Origin: Octopus vulgaris
Taxonomy: Eukaryota
Assembly (NCBI GenBank): GCA_951406725.2
Contig: OX597825.1
Coordinates: 26,226,001 to 26,290,000 of the forward strand
Reading direction: 5' to 3'
Length of the DNA: 64,000 bases
Shown: positions 13,610-27,479 of the stretch, one piece after another
How positions within the stretch are numbered: position 1 is the stretch's first letter
Layout of the letters: each line of letters opens with the position of its first letter
Position numbers and translations under genes: made by a program
Notes under the pieces: generated by a model
Database searches by the model: none
Seen by the model: the letters and a program-made list of their open reading frames with translations, nothing else
What the model was told of the DNA's origin: nothing

Positions 13610-13990
13610 ATCCAAACAAGAAAGCACAAAAACGCAACAACGCGAGGACGTGGAACAAATATAGTATTATTGGACGCTCAGGAAAGAAGGAAAGAAGAAG
13701 GGTTTAACGTTACGAGCGGAGCTCTTCGTCGGAAACATAGGAGAAAGAAAGATCCAGAAAAGGGAAGACAGAGGAAAAAAATCGCCAACGGTACACACGC
13801 GGTCACAGAGAGAGAGAGAGAGGGGGGCGAGATGTACGTGTGTAGCGAGTGACTTGATCTGAGATCTTGTGCTGGAACGAAAACATTTGCAGCGTGGAAG
13901 GTGTTTATATGCCATTTAAGAAACACACAAAACCGTTAGATTCATTTCAACATTTAAATTTAACTTGACAAAATATTTTCGTCGCTTTGA
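13604..13990 (-). mobile_element. PLE pLTR-derived repeat(s)
   Basis: Contains the hammerhead at 13702-13736. The segment 13915-13990 resembles 39750-39830. Confidence 0.55.
13702..13736 (-). ncRNA. Minimal type I hammerhead ribozyme motif (one core mutation)
   Basis: Reverse complement reads GTTT-CCGACGA-A-GAGCtccGCTC-GTAA-CG-TT-AAAC. Stem I GTTT/AAAC, stem II GAGC/GCTC, palindromic ACGT in place of stem III; GAAA has become GTAA. Confidence 0.7.
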
Positions 13991-14007
13991 TATATATATA
14001 TATATAT

Positions 14008-14135
14008 CCTTTGCAATCCCAACAGATAGAGTGAAGAAACTTTTTCACATGAAGTTCCCTTCTCGGTTGTGTTTGAGCTATTTCCTTTTTACCAAACCAC
14101 TTTTTACGACATTTAACATTTCGATAGCAGATCCA
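14008..14135 (-). mobile_element. Mariner (DD34D) transposase fragment
   Basis: WICYRNVKCRKKWFGKKEIAQTQPRRELHVKKFLHSICWDCKG matches the mariner pattern DEKWIxYxN..RxxW..GE......K..LHxKKxLLSxWWDxKG. Confidence 0.85.
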
Positions 14136-14149
14136 TACACACACACACA

Positions 14150-14190
<41 letters not shown>

Positions 14191-14262
14191 ACACATATAT
14201 ATATATATATATATATGTTTGTGTGTGTGTGTTGGTGTCTGGACACCCTCAGTCACATACCA

Positions 14263-14309
<47 letters not shown>

Positions 14310-15170
14310 AGGAGTTGTTGTTGCATGTATTTATGTATGTATGCATGAATTTTTCAGCGAATGTAGATCACATTCCATGCATAGCACATTTTACTATATA
14401 ATTTACTGCAGAGTACAATTATATCAATTGCTGCGCCCTAGGATCGAATGCAGAAGCTGCTTGTTGGGAAGCAAGCTTACTACCCATACGTAGGTGTCTA
14501 TTATTTCTTCTTCCTTTTCGTTTTCTTATCTTCGTTTGTCTTCTTTCCCACATTTGTTTTCCTTGCATTTATTACAAATTATATTAATCCTTACCGTCAC
14601 CATCATCGTTATCCTCCAACTATTTTCCTCCTCTTCACCAGTATTACCAGCAGCCAGCATCTTCAGAAATCGAAATTATTATTTCCGCCATATTTATTTA
14701 TTGAAATGCTTCGCATAATGTATCACTTCTGAAATATATATATTTTTTTTGGTTTATATGCACTGATGGAGCAATGCTTCTCATTTTTTATTGTTTTTGA
14801 TTCACAGAATAAAATGTTGCAATAATATGCAGCATACATATAAATACAAAACGCTATAGCAGTAACAAATGTGAAGTAACAATAAAAGGCTAAAACAGAA
14901 TAGTAAAAAACAATTGAAAAATGCATCATGGTCGGTAGAAATGCGTTTTTGTTCAATGTTTTCCTTCCTTCTGCGTAAAAGTCAATTTGATAATTCTTCC
15001 CATTTGTCATAAGGAAAAAAATATAACTTATCGGTGTCAATCAATCCTATAATATAAGTCATAAAAATGCACAAATTCCCTATTAAATACATATAAGGCG
15101 CACGAACCAGTAAAAAAGGAAACCAATGTATGTATATATATATACATCCATACACGCACACTCACACACA

Positions 15171-15209
<39 letters not shown>

Positions 15210-15239
15210 TAGATATGCATAAATCACTATATACATATG

Positions 15240-15289
<50 letters not shown>

Positions 15290-15580
15290 AGAATGTATAG
15301 ATGTATAGAAAGCAATTGTAGAGTACATATCGACCGCCCCCCTTTGCCTATTACTTTATTTATGTAGATTGTAATGTACCTGTCCATATGTGTATCTCTC
15401 AGCCATTCAGTTTTATCTAACTCTTTCCCGCAAAGTGTGTTAATATACATTTATACATGCAATATAAATATACATTCATATATAAGCATATATATGCAGG
15501 TGTGTGTTTATTTGTATGTACATATATTTATTTTATGTATACGCGTACATATGCATATAGTCATATATTTCTGATAATAG

Positions 15581-15581
<1 letters not shown>

Positions 15582-15655
<74 letters not shown>

Positions 15656-15670
15656 GTTGTTATTATTATT
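15582..15670. repeat. (TAT)n microsatellite
   Basis: Visible directly. Confidence 0.95.
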
Positions 15671-16031
15671 TTAGGCATTGACTTATATGTTGTAACTTGA
15701 AAAATATGACCATTTCTTATAAATCGTTTACTTGCAGAGTGTGTACTAAATCGACATTATTCTATCAGATTTAAATATAAAATATGGTTATTTGGAAATT
15801 GGGGATTCTACTATCGTAAAGTCAATCTTGGAATAAAGCCCATGCAGCAAAACGAATACTATGGATTTTATTCGAAGAGAAGGGCATAACGTTTTGAACG
15901 AACAATTTTGTGCGGTTGAAACGGCGGAATGCAAGATGGCCATAACACACGGTTAGTTGAGCGAAGGAGAAATAATAAACAGTAGAAATATCGTACTGAT
16001 AAATAATGCATAAAACTATATATATATATAC

Positions 16032-16104
<73 letters not shown>

Positions 16105-17452
16105 CATTTTACACATACTAAATCCGCGATTGTTTTATATGAGAACTTACTGAACATCCATTACTCGTTGCATAAGCATCTATAATAATTCAGTAATTAC
16201 GCAGCCCTAATTTGAGTGGTTGAAGGAGCAATCTACGCTGCTGATAAACAAGCAAACGATGACAGCCAAATATGCAGTATTAAAGGAAAACGTAGCTCTA
16301 CTTTATGTTTTTAAATGATTGGATTATTATAGGTGGATTGCTTTTTAGCAACCGCTTCATGGTTACATCTCATAGATATTTTCAGCTACCGTTGAAAGGA
16401 TTTCTTGGTTATGGCTCGGAGTTATTCTCTTCAAAATCTGACAGCTATCTTCGGTTACGACTCACCTAAAATTCAATAAACCCCTTAAAATATGCTTCGT
16501 CCATTTTAAGATAAGGCATGTACAGCCCGTTGAGATTTTTATCGTATTTTTGACACAGTTGTGCAATTTATCTGTAATCCACATACCTAAAATAATTCAG
16601 TGTCTGTTTTAAACTTCTGAAAGGAATATTGTTAGTAATCCAGTCACAAAACAGTGAGATTAAGAAAACCTTCTTTAAAACAAGTCTTATACAGCAATGC
16701 CACCGACGCACGAGATGCAGTATCAAAACGTTTCATCTCTTTTCTACGAAGTATTCATCCTACGAGTACCATCAATTTCCCAACGGTCATTTTGCCATTC
16801 GGTAATTTCAGCACAGTTAAATTTGTCGTCTGCACCTGAGTCAGAATGCCATGCTGTTAATTTATTGCAATTTTCCTGGTTTGGGTTGATGCTGTGTATT
16901 TGATCTTACAAATATAATTAAATAGATATTCGAAAAATTTATGAAATTATATGTTTTAATTTACAGAATACGTCAGGCGAAATAGTTATAGTTAAAATGT
17001 TGTAATCAAATAATACAAGCCTGTTTTCACAGACATCTTGGTAATGGAAGAAGAGAGGAGCGAGCTAAAATCAGTGAGAGGGATTTATCTGCATGACTAC
17101 GGCCTGACGCCGTGCTGATTCGTCCGTCTACGATGTAATATCAATTTAATAGAAGCTAACATTGCATTAGGCATGTTGCTTCTACAAAGAGAAAGCAGCA
17201 CATATATGATACATTTCCAGATATAATGAAGATTGTGTATACTGTATCTTAAAGCCGCAATCAAAGCATACAATATGTTTTGGAAGATAAGTGTCTCATA
17301 GTTTCTTTATAATATATTTTATTGCTCTTAACTTATGATATTTATTTGGTTTTCATTACTGTTTTCGGTAACAGCGCGGCAGCTGCAAATGTTTTAGGCT
17401 CCCATGATTTATGATTCTCATGTGTATCGAGGTATTTCAAACAATGCATTAT

Positions 17453-17649
17453 CTAGAATGTCCTTGCATAAACAAACGTCTTTGACGAATTATTATCATT
17501 GGTATTACTTATTAAGTATTGTTGTTTTTCACTGATGTCTAGCTTAAACTTAGCGAAATCTATTTCAACTTGGCTGACTATATCGTTTGAAACTCTATTA
17601 AAATTAAGTCTCTTACGTACGTTATTTGCTTCCTTTATATGGACTGTCA
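17453..17649 (-). CDS. Putative terminal coding exon of an unknown gene
   Basis: A strong acceptor tctttctttttctacag| is followed by the open frame (V)TVHIKEANNVRKRLNFNRVSNDIVSQVEIDFAKFKLDISEKQQYLISNTNDNNSSKTFVYARTF*. Composition is non-repetitive and protein-like. Confidence 0.45.
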
Positions 17650-18345
17650 CTGTAGAAAAAGAAAGACGGATATCAGAATAGGATTATATCACAAAGGAAA
17701 ATTTTAAGGAATCCAACTCGTAATAAAAAAAGTGACAATTGAGAGGGATTGAAGCTTGGATTTGTGGGAATCTTAGTAAGCTCGATTCCAGAACCATCAC
17801 AAGTTAATACATGCTGTGAAAATAGTAAACCATAAGCAATATTAAAAATATATAGAAAAGGTATATAAATAAGCGAGTTTTAAAAACATTTATAGATACA
17901 GGAATGTATAGAAAGAAAGTCTCATTTAACAAACAGAAAGAATTTGAAATTAAAAAAAAAAAACGTTAGCATGAATAAAATATGAAGGAATTGAAATAAA
18001 CGTGAATATAAAGTTGATTTCTAATTCACGCATTTTATATTAATGTCTTTATTTATGATATGAAAATCATTGTGAATAATCAAGGACATTTTTTATAGCA
18101 TTTCTTACGGTAAGATATTCGAAAACCAATTATCATGGCGTTTTAAATTTATATCTTCTCATTGTTCTTCGGCAAATTATGATAGCATGAGTGACCTTTA
18201 GTTGACTTTTTTGCTCCATTCATTCGAAATATGTATAATGTATGTATTATGCTTTTCATGTATGCACGCCATCGTGTAAATTGAATTCCTTCAGTTGTTT
18301 ATATGATTTTTCGGTGTGTATTTTGTACATTGTCCTATGCAAATA

Positions 18346-18351
18346 CACACA

Positions 18352-18406
<55 letters not shown>

Positions 18407-18417
18407 ACACACACACA
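18346..18417. repeat. (CA)n microsatellite
   Basis: Visible directly. Confidence 0.95.
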
Positions 18418-18419
18418 AC

Positions 18420-19150
18420 ATATGTTAAATAAAATGAGAAAACAAAGCCATGGCTCTGTGGAATTTTCAGGACATTTATAAAGAGAAAGTTAGACTTACA
18501 GCTGTTTCTGGGATATTAGGGATAGTCCTTCATCAGAGAGGTTATTTCATGGTTAAACAGATGGAAATATTAGAGTTCAATATCAGGATTTATTTTGGAA
18601 AAGGACGTAAATAAGGAGTGTGTAGGGAAATAAGAGAATTAATGTAGAAATGAAAATAAAAGCGTATAAAATGTTATAGTTGCAGTTCCATTATCCAAGG
18701 AAAATGGTGTGTAGAAGTGGTAGAAATGCTTCCTGTCCGTGGTATGTAAATTCAAATAGGAGTTTATATTTTGTCATCAAAAGCGGAAAGTGTGGAGACG
18801 TAGATTCTATGTGATGTTTATTGAGAGAGTCTTGTGTTGTGAATGAAAATTTGAGAATGCATTGGTAGTATTAAGTTGATAGATAGGAGAGAAGAAATGT
18901 GTATGTTAAAATGAAGATAGAGGCCAAAGGAATAGGTGAGAAAAGAAGGAGGAAAAAAGAGAAATAAAAAAAGGAAAAGTATAAGGACGAGAAAAAGGAG
19001 TGTTAGTTAATGGTCAAGATATTATGAGGTGACGGGAGAGAAGTAGCGGATGGGGAGGAAGCGATTAGAATGTATGTAACGAATATGTGTGAGGTGTGTG
19101 AGATGTGGTGATATGTTAGAATAAAATTAAGGGATGTTTACAGAAGAAGG
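18420..19150 (-). mobile_element. Inverted PLE pseudo-LTR / 3' UTR upstream of a Penelope RT
   Basis: Carries the hammerhead at 18492-18540. Its left part (18430-18540) is homologous to the + strand copy at 3630-3745, and it abuts the RT remnant in opposite orientation, as is typical of PLEs. Confidence 0.6.
18492..18540 (-). ncRNA. Type I hammerhead ribozyme with intact catalytic boxes
   Basis: Reverse complement reads ctct-CTGATGA-a-ggactatccctaatatccca-GAAA-CAGCTG-TA-agtct. CUGAUGA and GAAA are canonical, stem III is the palindrome ACAGCTGT and the cleavage triplet is GUA. Stems I and II are imperfect. Confidence 0.7.
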
Positions 19151-19159
19151 TAAAGCAGG

Positions 19160-20455
19160 AACCCTACTGCCTTACATCACACAGCAACCTTAAAAATCAT
19201 AAGAAGGACTCCATAATTAAACCATCAATAAGCCTCATATGCCCTACTACATCCGACCTAGGAAGAATAAGTATTGATATTCTACATAAAATAATTCCAA
19301 TCGTCAAGGAGAAATTGGATGTCAACTTATCGTCCTGTACAGGTTCCATCTCTTAAACAACAAAAAACATTCTTTCCTACAAGTCGATATAAATAATTAC
19401 TACTCTTCTGTTTCTCACAAACGTCTTAATCAAGCGCTGCTTCTTGCTAGGAAACTAACTGACCTAACACCACTGGAAATTAACATAATCCTTAATGCCC
19501 GTAAAACCCTTATTAGTTTTGAGGACAAACTTTGGTACCGGTCCAAACACTATAACTCGAACAAGTACCATAACAAATTATTCGACTTTACTATGGGATC
19601 ATCCGACTCAGCCCATGTCACAGAACTCGTCGGACTATACTCACCCCACCAGCTCCAGATACATTTCCCTAACATCAAGGGAGACCCTTACAGAGGTGAC
19701 GGCTTGCTAATCACCAAGATCTTAAGTAAATTCTCTTTAGAATGATCTAGTAAAGATCTACACAAATTCTTCTTTAGCCTCAATCTATGTATTGCATTTG
19801 AAAACCACTCATTTTCTAGATGTAACTTTAAACCTAGAAACCTCATAATGCTCCCCAAATCACAAATCTAACCAATACTTTAAATACTTACACATTAATT
19901 CAAATCACCAGAAATCCACATTTAAGGGTATCTCTATTCTTATATCTGACCTATCATCCGCCGAGGAAATATTCGATAACCACGCCTCATATTACAACCA
20001 AGCCCTCGCTGCTAGTGGCTTCTCCCAACAAATAAAATACATCTCTAATACTAGCCTTAATCAACCTATATCTTAAATCATATCACAACTTCATGCCAAC
20101 CACCAGAATCACAACAGATTAATACACTATATTAGAACCCCGGGAGAACGAAGATTAAGAGCCCACACTCACACATATAACACTAGGTCAAAAGCTAAAA
20201 CGGCTAACAAAAATTGGTTATATTAACCCACTTTAATTCCTCAAAATATAGATAGCACTATACTTAAGCAACAAAAAACGGTGGAGGCTCTATTCTATGG
20301 TATACGCCACACTTCTCACTAAACGTGAAGAACTTAGCTAAACCCTTTTTAAATATACTAGACTCCCATTTCCCTCGTCAACAGAGATATCACTCTATTT
20401 TTAATAGTTCTACCCTAAAGTTATCCTACTCCTCCCCGCCCAACTTACTTTCTTT
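19160..20455 (+). mobile_element. Penelope-like element reverse transcriptase remnant (frameshifted)
   Basis: Motifs appear in order: SFLQVDINNYYSSVS (A), LFDFTMGSSDSAHVTELVGLY (B), PYRGDGLL (C, YRDD->YRGD), FLDVTLNL, HINSNH, SSAEEIFDNHASYYNQALAASGF, WYTPHFSLNVKNLAKPFLNILDSHFP..RYHSIFNSSTLKLSYSSPPNL. Confidence 0.9.
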
Positions 20456-20868
20456 TTTCCTCTTTTTCCTTTCTTAATATTCTAAACATGAAAATTTAAA
20501 TATATATATATATGTGTGTTGAAAATTACTATATGTACATCTCTCAACGAGAAATATTCAGCAAGCTTATTTGCCAACATAAGATAGCAGTTCTGATTTA
20601 GGACGAATGTTGCTATAATTTATGTATGTATGTATGTATGTATGTATGTATGTATGTATGTATGTATGTATGTATTTATAAATATATACATGTGTGTGTG
20701 TGTGAGGGTGCCTGTGAGTTCATGTGTTTGGCAATATGTCTGTGATTATGTTTACACTGCAACTTCGATGTTTTGCATTGAAAAACAAAATCACGCTTGT
20801 CTAAATATCACGTTTCTGCATGAAAAAACATTACAGTTCTATATCAAAGAGATGAGGAATTATGTACA

Positions 20869-21016
20869 CTATTTGCATTATTTACATTTGACGGATGTTT
20901 GTCCTCATCTTGTTTGTTTGTTAACACAACGTTTCGTCTGATTTAACCTCCAGCCTTCATCGGGTGTCTTAGGGAAATTTCGAACCTGGGCTCTCCTTCC
21001 TAAGGTATTTTTCGAT
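20869..21016 (-). mobile_element. 3' half of the hammerhead-bearing SINE (inverted copy)
   Basis: Reverse complement aligns along its length with 21962-22110 (atcgaaaaataccttag...acac-hammerhead-aagatgaggacaaa.atcc.tcaaat.taaataatg). Confidence 0.85.
20923..20968 (-). ncRNA. Minimal type I hammerhead ribozyme
   Basis: Reverse complement reads GACAC-CCGATGA-A-GGCTG-gaggttaaat-CAGAC-GAAA-CG-TT-GTGTT. Stem I GACAC/GTGTT, stem II with one mismatch, palindromic ACGT. Confidence 0.8.
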
Positions 21017-21031
21017 CTTCTTCTTCTTCTT

Positions 21032-21062
<31 letters not shown>

Positions 21063-21079
21063 TTATTATTATTATTATT

Positions 21080-21759
<680 letters not shown>

Positions 21760-21775
21760 CATTTTTATTATACTA

Positions 21776-21839
21776 CAGCATATTGCGTAGTGGTTAAGAG
21801 CGCGGGCTACTAACCCCAAACTTCCGAGTTCGATTCCAG

Positions 21840-21878
<39 letters not shown>

Positions 21879-21890
21879 ATAATGATGATG

Positions 21891-21951
<61 letters not shown>

Positions 21952-22110
21952 CAACAACAACATCGAAAAATACCTTAGAAATGAGAACCTAGGTTCCAAA
22001 TCTCCCCAATACACCTGTTAATGGCTGGAGGGTATATCAGCCGCAACGTTGTGTTCACCACAATCAAGATGAGGACAAATATCCCTCAAATTTAAATAAT
22101 GTAAATAATG
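21776..22110 (+). mobile_element. tRNA-derived SINE with hammerhead-containing PLE-like 3' end (family H)
   Basis: A box TTGCGTAGTGG (21783-21793), anticodon-like arm GGG-CTACTAA-CCC, B box GTTCGATTCC (21828-21837), a (TAG)/(TAA) linker, then a hammerhead at 22011-22054. Confidence 0.8.
22011..22054 (+). ncRNA. Minimal hammerhead ribozyme, mutated copy
   Basis: ACAC-CTGTTAA-T-GGCTG-gagggtatat-CAGCC-GCAA-CG-TT-GTGT. Stems are perfect but the core is mutated (CTGATGA->CTGTTAA, GAAA->GCAA). Confidence 0.65.
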
Positions 22111-22624
22111 AATACAGCATTCGTACAATATTTACAAATTACAAAAAAACAAAACAAACATATACGCCAAATTGTAACATCCCAATGCTACACATATATA
22201 TGACTGAACATTTGTAGAGAAGAACCACATCTGGAATAAAATGCGAAATTTTCCCTTTACCTTAAAATATTCAATTTTGGAAACAATCCCTTGATGAAGT
22301 GAGGGTGTTAGTGTGTGCGCGTACCAGTGCATGTCTGCGTGTCTGCGTGTGTTTGTGCGTGTGTGTGTGTTTGGAAACATAACCCGTGTTTATACTGTGT
22401 AACTTAGATGTTTTGCATTTGAAAACAAAACACGATTCTTTCAATTTCAGTTTTTGCATTAGAAAATATTAGTACAAAACTTACAAAATAGAAAAACACG
22501 CAAAGCTTATAACATCTCAATGCCACGCAAAAACACCTAAAACATTTACAGAGATGAGCATCATGTTTCCAATATTTGAGTTATATTTAAAAGATAAAAT
22601 GTACAGACTCTGCTTTTCTATCAA

Positions 22625-23260
22625 ACATTCACTTTTGAAGAAAATCTTTTGATGAAATGTAGTTCCATTTCTTTTCGGTATTGCGGATTGTAACGTGCAC
22701 ATGTGTAAAGGGGAATATTTTTAATATTCCGTCGCTGCATATTTCCAGATACTTACCTCATAGAATCTTGCATAATTCCTCTTGTCCGATATGCTGCCTG
22801 TGGATTCTTGTACGTTGGCAGAGGGAATTATTTCGCCAATGTAATGTTGTCGTCAGTGTGTACAGGTAATGCAGTATATGAGGTTTTGTGTTTTGCAGTT
22901 CATATCTGCATTTATTTTGAAAAGGGTTCCGCTTTTGAAATTTTACGTGGGAATCATTTTCTAAGTATGTAAAATTGTTGTGTTTGCATGTTTTACATCT
23001 ATCTCCCCATTCTTTTATTAAGAATTCTGATTCATTCTCCGATGTCAATTCTGCCCTTATGAGGAGCTTTTCAAGATTTTTTGTTTGGCTTCTATTATTT
23101 CCTAAGGTGCTTTTTTCAATCAGATTTTTCATTTTGGGTTTTTATAAGAGTATATGTAAGTTCGACCTTATGGCGTGAAAGATGTTGCTCATTCTAGGAC
23201 TCTGTGTGTTAACGAACGGAATCGTGTTTTTATTAACTTTTCCCCCAGGTGTCTGTTTCT
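22625..23260 (-). mobile_element. Penelope-like element GIY-YIG endonuclease remnant
   Basis: NTIPFVNTQSP; SQTKNLEKLLIRA; GDRCKTCKH; CKTQNLIYCITCTH*RQHYIGE; SLCQRTRIHRQHI; RKEMELHFIKRF. These are the PLE linker zinc-binding and GIY-YIG motifs. Confidence 0.9.
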
Positions 23261-23591
23261 TGTAAAATATGTCTGTTTTGACTGTATTTCTGTATTTTTA
23301 TATGGACATCCAGTAATGGTAATTCATTGCAAATAGATTATGCTGTGAATTCGATGGATATGTATATATGTATAGGTAGAAGTATACTTTACGCATGTAT
23401 GTGTGTGTAAATATATATAAATATGGACACAAATATAATCTATACATACATAATTATATTTCTACCAGTAAAGAGAGCATAGACACTAATACCAACCCAT
23501 ACATTTTGAAGAGAAATTACCTACTGATATTTAAATAGAATTATCTATTACTGTAATATGCTTTATTTCCGAACAATTGGCGGAGTTTTAC

Positions 23592-23768
23592 CAATTTTTC
23601 TAGAAAGTTGGGTGAAAATCGAGCGGCGTCCTCGCTGCTCCGTCATATAGATATGATTTGACTGCAGAACATTGGCTGTGATACCGTTGTCATCCTTCCG
23701 AATTTTATTTCTTCCGTTTACATTTGTATTATTTATTTCATTCCTATTACTGTCGTAATTTTTTCTGC
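23592..23768 (-). CDS. Putative internal exon (177 nt, phase 1-1)
   Basis: tcctttttccaataag|GCAGAAAA...AAAATTG|gtaaaa. Open frame GRKNYDSNRNEINNTNVNGRNKIRKDDNGITANVLQSNHIYMTEQRGRRSIFTQLSRKI. Splice sites are only moderate. Confidence 0.3.
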
Positions 23769-24769
23769 CTTATTGGAAAAAGGATTTTAAACTACTTATG
23801 AGAATAGTGCCGGTATTGTAGCATTTCCCCATTTCTTAATACTAAATTTTAAAAAAAAGCGTTTCAAGGGATCAGAATGAACTTTAAATTATAGACGTTC
23901 ATATTTGCCATTACTAAAACGTAAATTTATCACCGGATTTCGACATCCAAAATATATTGAATTTTCTTCATCATATTTAAAAACAAATATCAGAAAGAAA
24001 ACTGGGATAAGCAAACATTAAGATGCAGTTCCATGTACCATATATAATTTATCGATAATACATATATCGACATATAAGGAACAAATGCTCTGTGCATTAA
24101 AAGCGTAAATATTGACAATAAGAAAAATTTGTTTGGTCAAGATAAACCATAGATATATTGAAATTATCAGTGAATTTTTTTGAAGGGTACGGTTATTAAA
24201 ACATGGAATCGATTTGAGATTTCGAGTAATGTTTCGGGAATGACCTGATTAATTCTAGTCATTCGATTCTACGGAAAATGTCTCCGTTAGTATGGATTTA
24301 TTGGGAAAATGACAAACTTGTGGAAATATATGCGTTATTATATTTGTCTCAGGCAAATTTTAAATTATATCGATCGTAGCCTCATATCGTCTCTACTATC
24401 CACCACATTTTGCTCTGATTGGGGAAAAAATTTGTTTAAATTGCAACATGCTTTGTGAAGATGAATACGATATGTTATTGAACCTTATAATACAAGTGAT
24501 ACGTATATCTTTGATAATATACTTACTTAAATAAGTGAAAGCGTGTGGAATATTTTGATATACAAATATTAACATAATATATTGCAAATAAACCTCATGA
24601 CACACTTGAAAAACAAGCTTCTAATTACTTTATTTATTGCTAAATCAATATGTCCGTCAGTCTGATTGCAGCGTGCCCTCTGTCTATGGATATACAGCAA
24701 GCATGTTTTCTAAATACACATTACTCTTAAATAGCTTTCTCCGCCTGATATGAGTAACGACATAACTAC

Positions 24770-24860
24770 CTGACACTTGGAATGATTGAGACTCTGTTGA
24801 CGACTCTTCGCCCAATATGACAAGCTTCTCTGCATTGTTCGCAGTTTGAAGCTCACACAT
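24770..24860 (-). CDS. Putative first coding exon (91 nt, phase 1)
   Basis: ATG at 24860 with an upstream in-frame stop; MCELQTANNAEKLVILGEESSTESQSFQVS+G|gtagtt. Donor is weak. Confidence 0.25.
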
Positions 24861-27479
24861 AAGTTTCGTTTATCTAATGCCTAGTCAGATGTTCAGAGCT
24901 TCACCACGCGATCTTCTAGTTGAAATCCGTATGAGCCTTCTCTCTACATCGGTATTTTCTATCATATATATATATACCGAGACTTTCTATAATATAAGAT
25001 AATATATATGAGACTATCTAAAGGTATTTTCGATTTTATATTACTTGGCAATATGTCTAAGTTGCAAATGTTGTAATAAATTTGAAGGATACGAGCTGGC
25101 TGAATTATATTCAGTGTTGTCATCTATATCTACACATTTAAAAAGAAAATACTACAGAATGATTGCTATGGTTTGCCAATCCAGTTGCCAGAGGTAATAT
25201 CATTTCTTGGAGGAAAATGAGACCGAGACATTTTACTAGATATAAACTTGTGCATGGTTGTCTATAATAATTAATAAATATCCTTGCTTAAGCATTCATG
25301 TCATCTAGCCGAATGCAGATATTATGTAGCAAACTTCTATTGATTTTCCCCCAAAGTTGCACATCGTGTTAAGTTTTGTTGCATGCCGCTCGGTTGCTGA
25401 GCAGAAACCAGTGCTTGAAAAATTTTGGGTACCGAAGCAGTAGCTCTAATGGTATATTTACAATGCTTTCAATCATGCCTTCGAATTACGCACGTTGCAA
25501 CTGTGTTGAAATAATAATATTGATATTACCAGATTGTATCAATCAAATTTATAGAACTAAGCCCCGCGAAGACTTAAGTTAAGGGGGAAGCATTTAGCTA
25601 GGACTTCGTTTTACTAGCAAGAAAATATATTTCGTTTCACGCCTGTATCTCTTAAAAATGGAACGATAACCCTAGATAACCTCGGCAGTGAAGACGGAGC
25701 AGTCGAGACAATAATGAATTTAATTGTATATGAATGCAATTTAGTGTTGCATTGGGGTGAAATCATAATAAAGAACATGTTGCCGATTAACACTTACAAC
25801 TGTTAATGTACTCTTCGGCTCTGTTAGTTTGCTTTAATATTTTAGATTCTACACGGAACGAAACAGCTCCTCAATATAAGAAATAAGTAAGCTATCAACT
25901 TTTCTTCTCCTCATTACTCTGGTCACTCAATCAGTAAGAAGCTGTATGCCATTGTTATGGTTTGATATTTGATTTCACATTCTAAAAAGATAGATATGGT
26001 AGGAAGTGATTTTGCTCCCAGTGTCGTAATGATAAAAGACCGTGTGGCCTAGTATCAGTACCAAAGTGCTAAAATTGAGTACCTCGTGTAAAATTATTTA
26101 AATGTAATCTATTTAATTGCATAGCTAGTTAAAACCGTTGTTAATTCCTAGTCAACAGCTGATCTGTGTTTCAAAAAAAAACTTTTTGTCATTTATTTTA
26201 ATTTTTTAATGTACAAATGAATTTTCTCAGTTAAAATATTCATATTGTTTTGTATGGTTTGTACTTGTTTTCTTTTGCAACACAATTTTTCTCTGCTTCT
26301 TATTTTGTTTTTAAATATTGAAGGCAGGCTTTAATACACGTCAATCGTATTATCAATAGTGATGTAAAGCAGAACCGTTAATCAATGCTAATTAAAGACA
26401 AAGAAATCTCTGGATTCAGACGAAGGTGTTTCAGAGATTACTGATTTTACACTACGAAGAAATTTGCTTCAGATTTTTCTCTTAAAGCCTGGGTGTAAAC
26501 ATATTGTTTTCCTTTTTTCTTCACACCTCACAAATTTTTTATCGGCGAGTGAGCTTAGATGTGTGTTCAGAATTTTATATATTATTTTTATATTATAGAA
26601 CTGATTTGATTTCTAACTTGGGCGTAATACTACACAAATCGAAGAGTGATATAGTCTATTTAATTCACCTCTTTTAAAAACAGCTACTGATTTCTAGTTT
26701 CAAACATTGTCAGTAACAACTTTGAAATTTCTTTCTAATAAATTATATTAAATTAAATGCAGACATGCATAATGATCATGAAAGCGTGTGTGACCTAAAA
26801 TATGCGCACCTGTAGTAATTTAAATAAAACTGGGAAACACAATTTGTGTTGTCTGGTGTCGGAGACATGTTTCCTAGTAATTTTGGGGCGCTGCTTTCAA
26901 AAATGAAATTTATTTTGCTCTATCGCGTTAAATTTTGTCACAAACTGAGATGTCCAGTTTTCAATATTTCATGTACGGAAACTATCTTTAAGGATGCATT
27001 TTGCTTCATCAAGCGCAAACCCCTGTATAGTGTTTGATATAACTTTGAAAATATACTTTTCGATATCATTTAGGTAAATGCAACTACAAAGGTGAAAACA
27101 ACAGTCGTAATTTAAGTATAAATAAAAAAAAACATGAAATTTGAGTAACATTTACTATTTTCTATCTAACCAGTTTAAATGTCATGATGATGACATTTAA
27201 GACTTTGTTTATGTCCTTTATCCAATGATACGTTAATAAACAACATGTTTGTATGGTCCTTGACGTCATACATTCCTCATATTTGTTGAATTTGTCTGCA
27301 GATATGCCTACACTGTGTTTGATTTGGTGTGATTATCAATGGAAGCCAAGTGGAATATGTTTTCTTGAACCTTTAATTAATTTATATGAAAATTGGTATT
27401 TTGAAAACAACATTTTTATTTTAATTGTAAGATCACATGGGTGAAGGTCACTTTTTTATCAAGCATTGTCAAAGAACAG

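Noticed and set aside
21776-21845. Possible real tRNA gene (anticodon ACT)
   Set aside because: No acceptor-stem pairing or Pol III terminator, and it runs into a repeat body. Treated as a SINE head; the same applies to the heads at 33910-33980 and 45660-45730.
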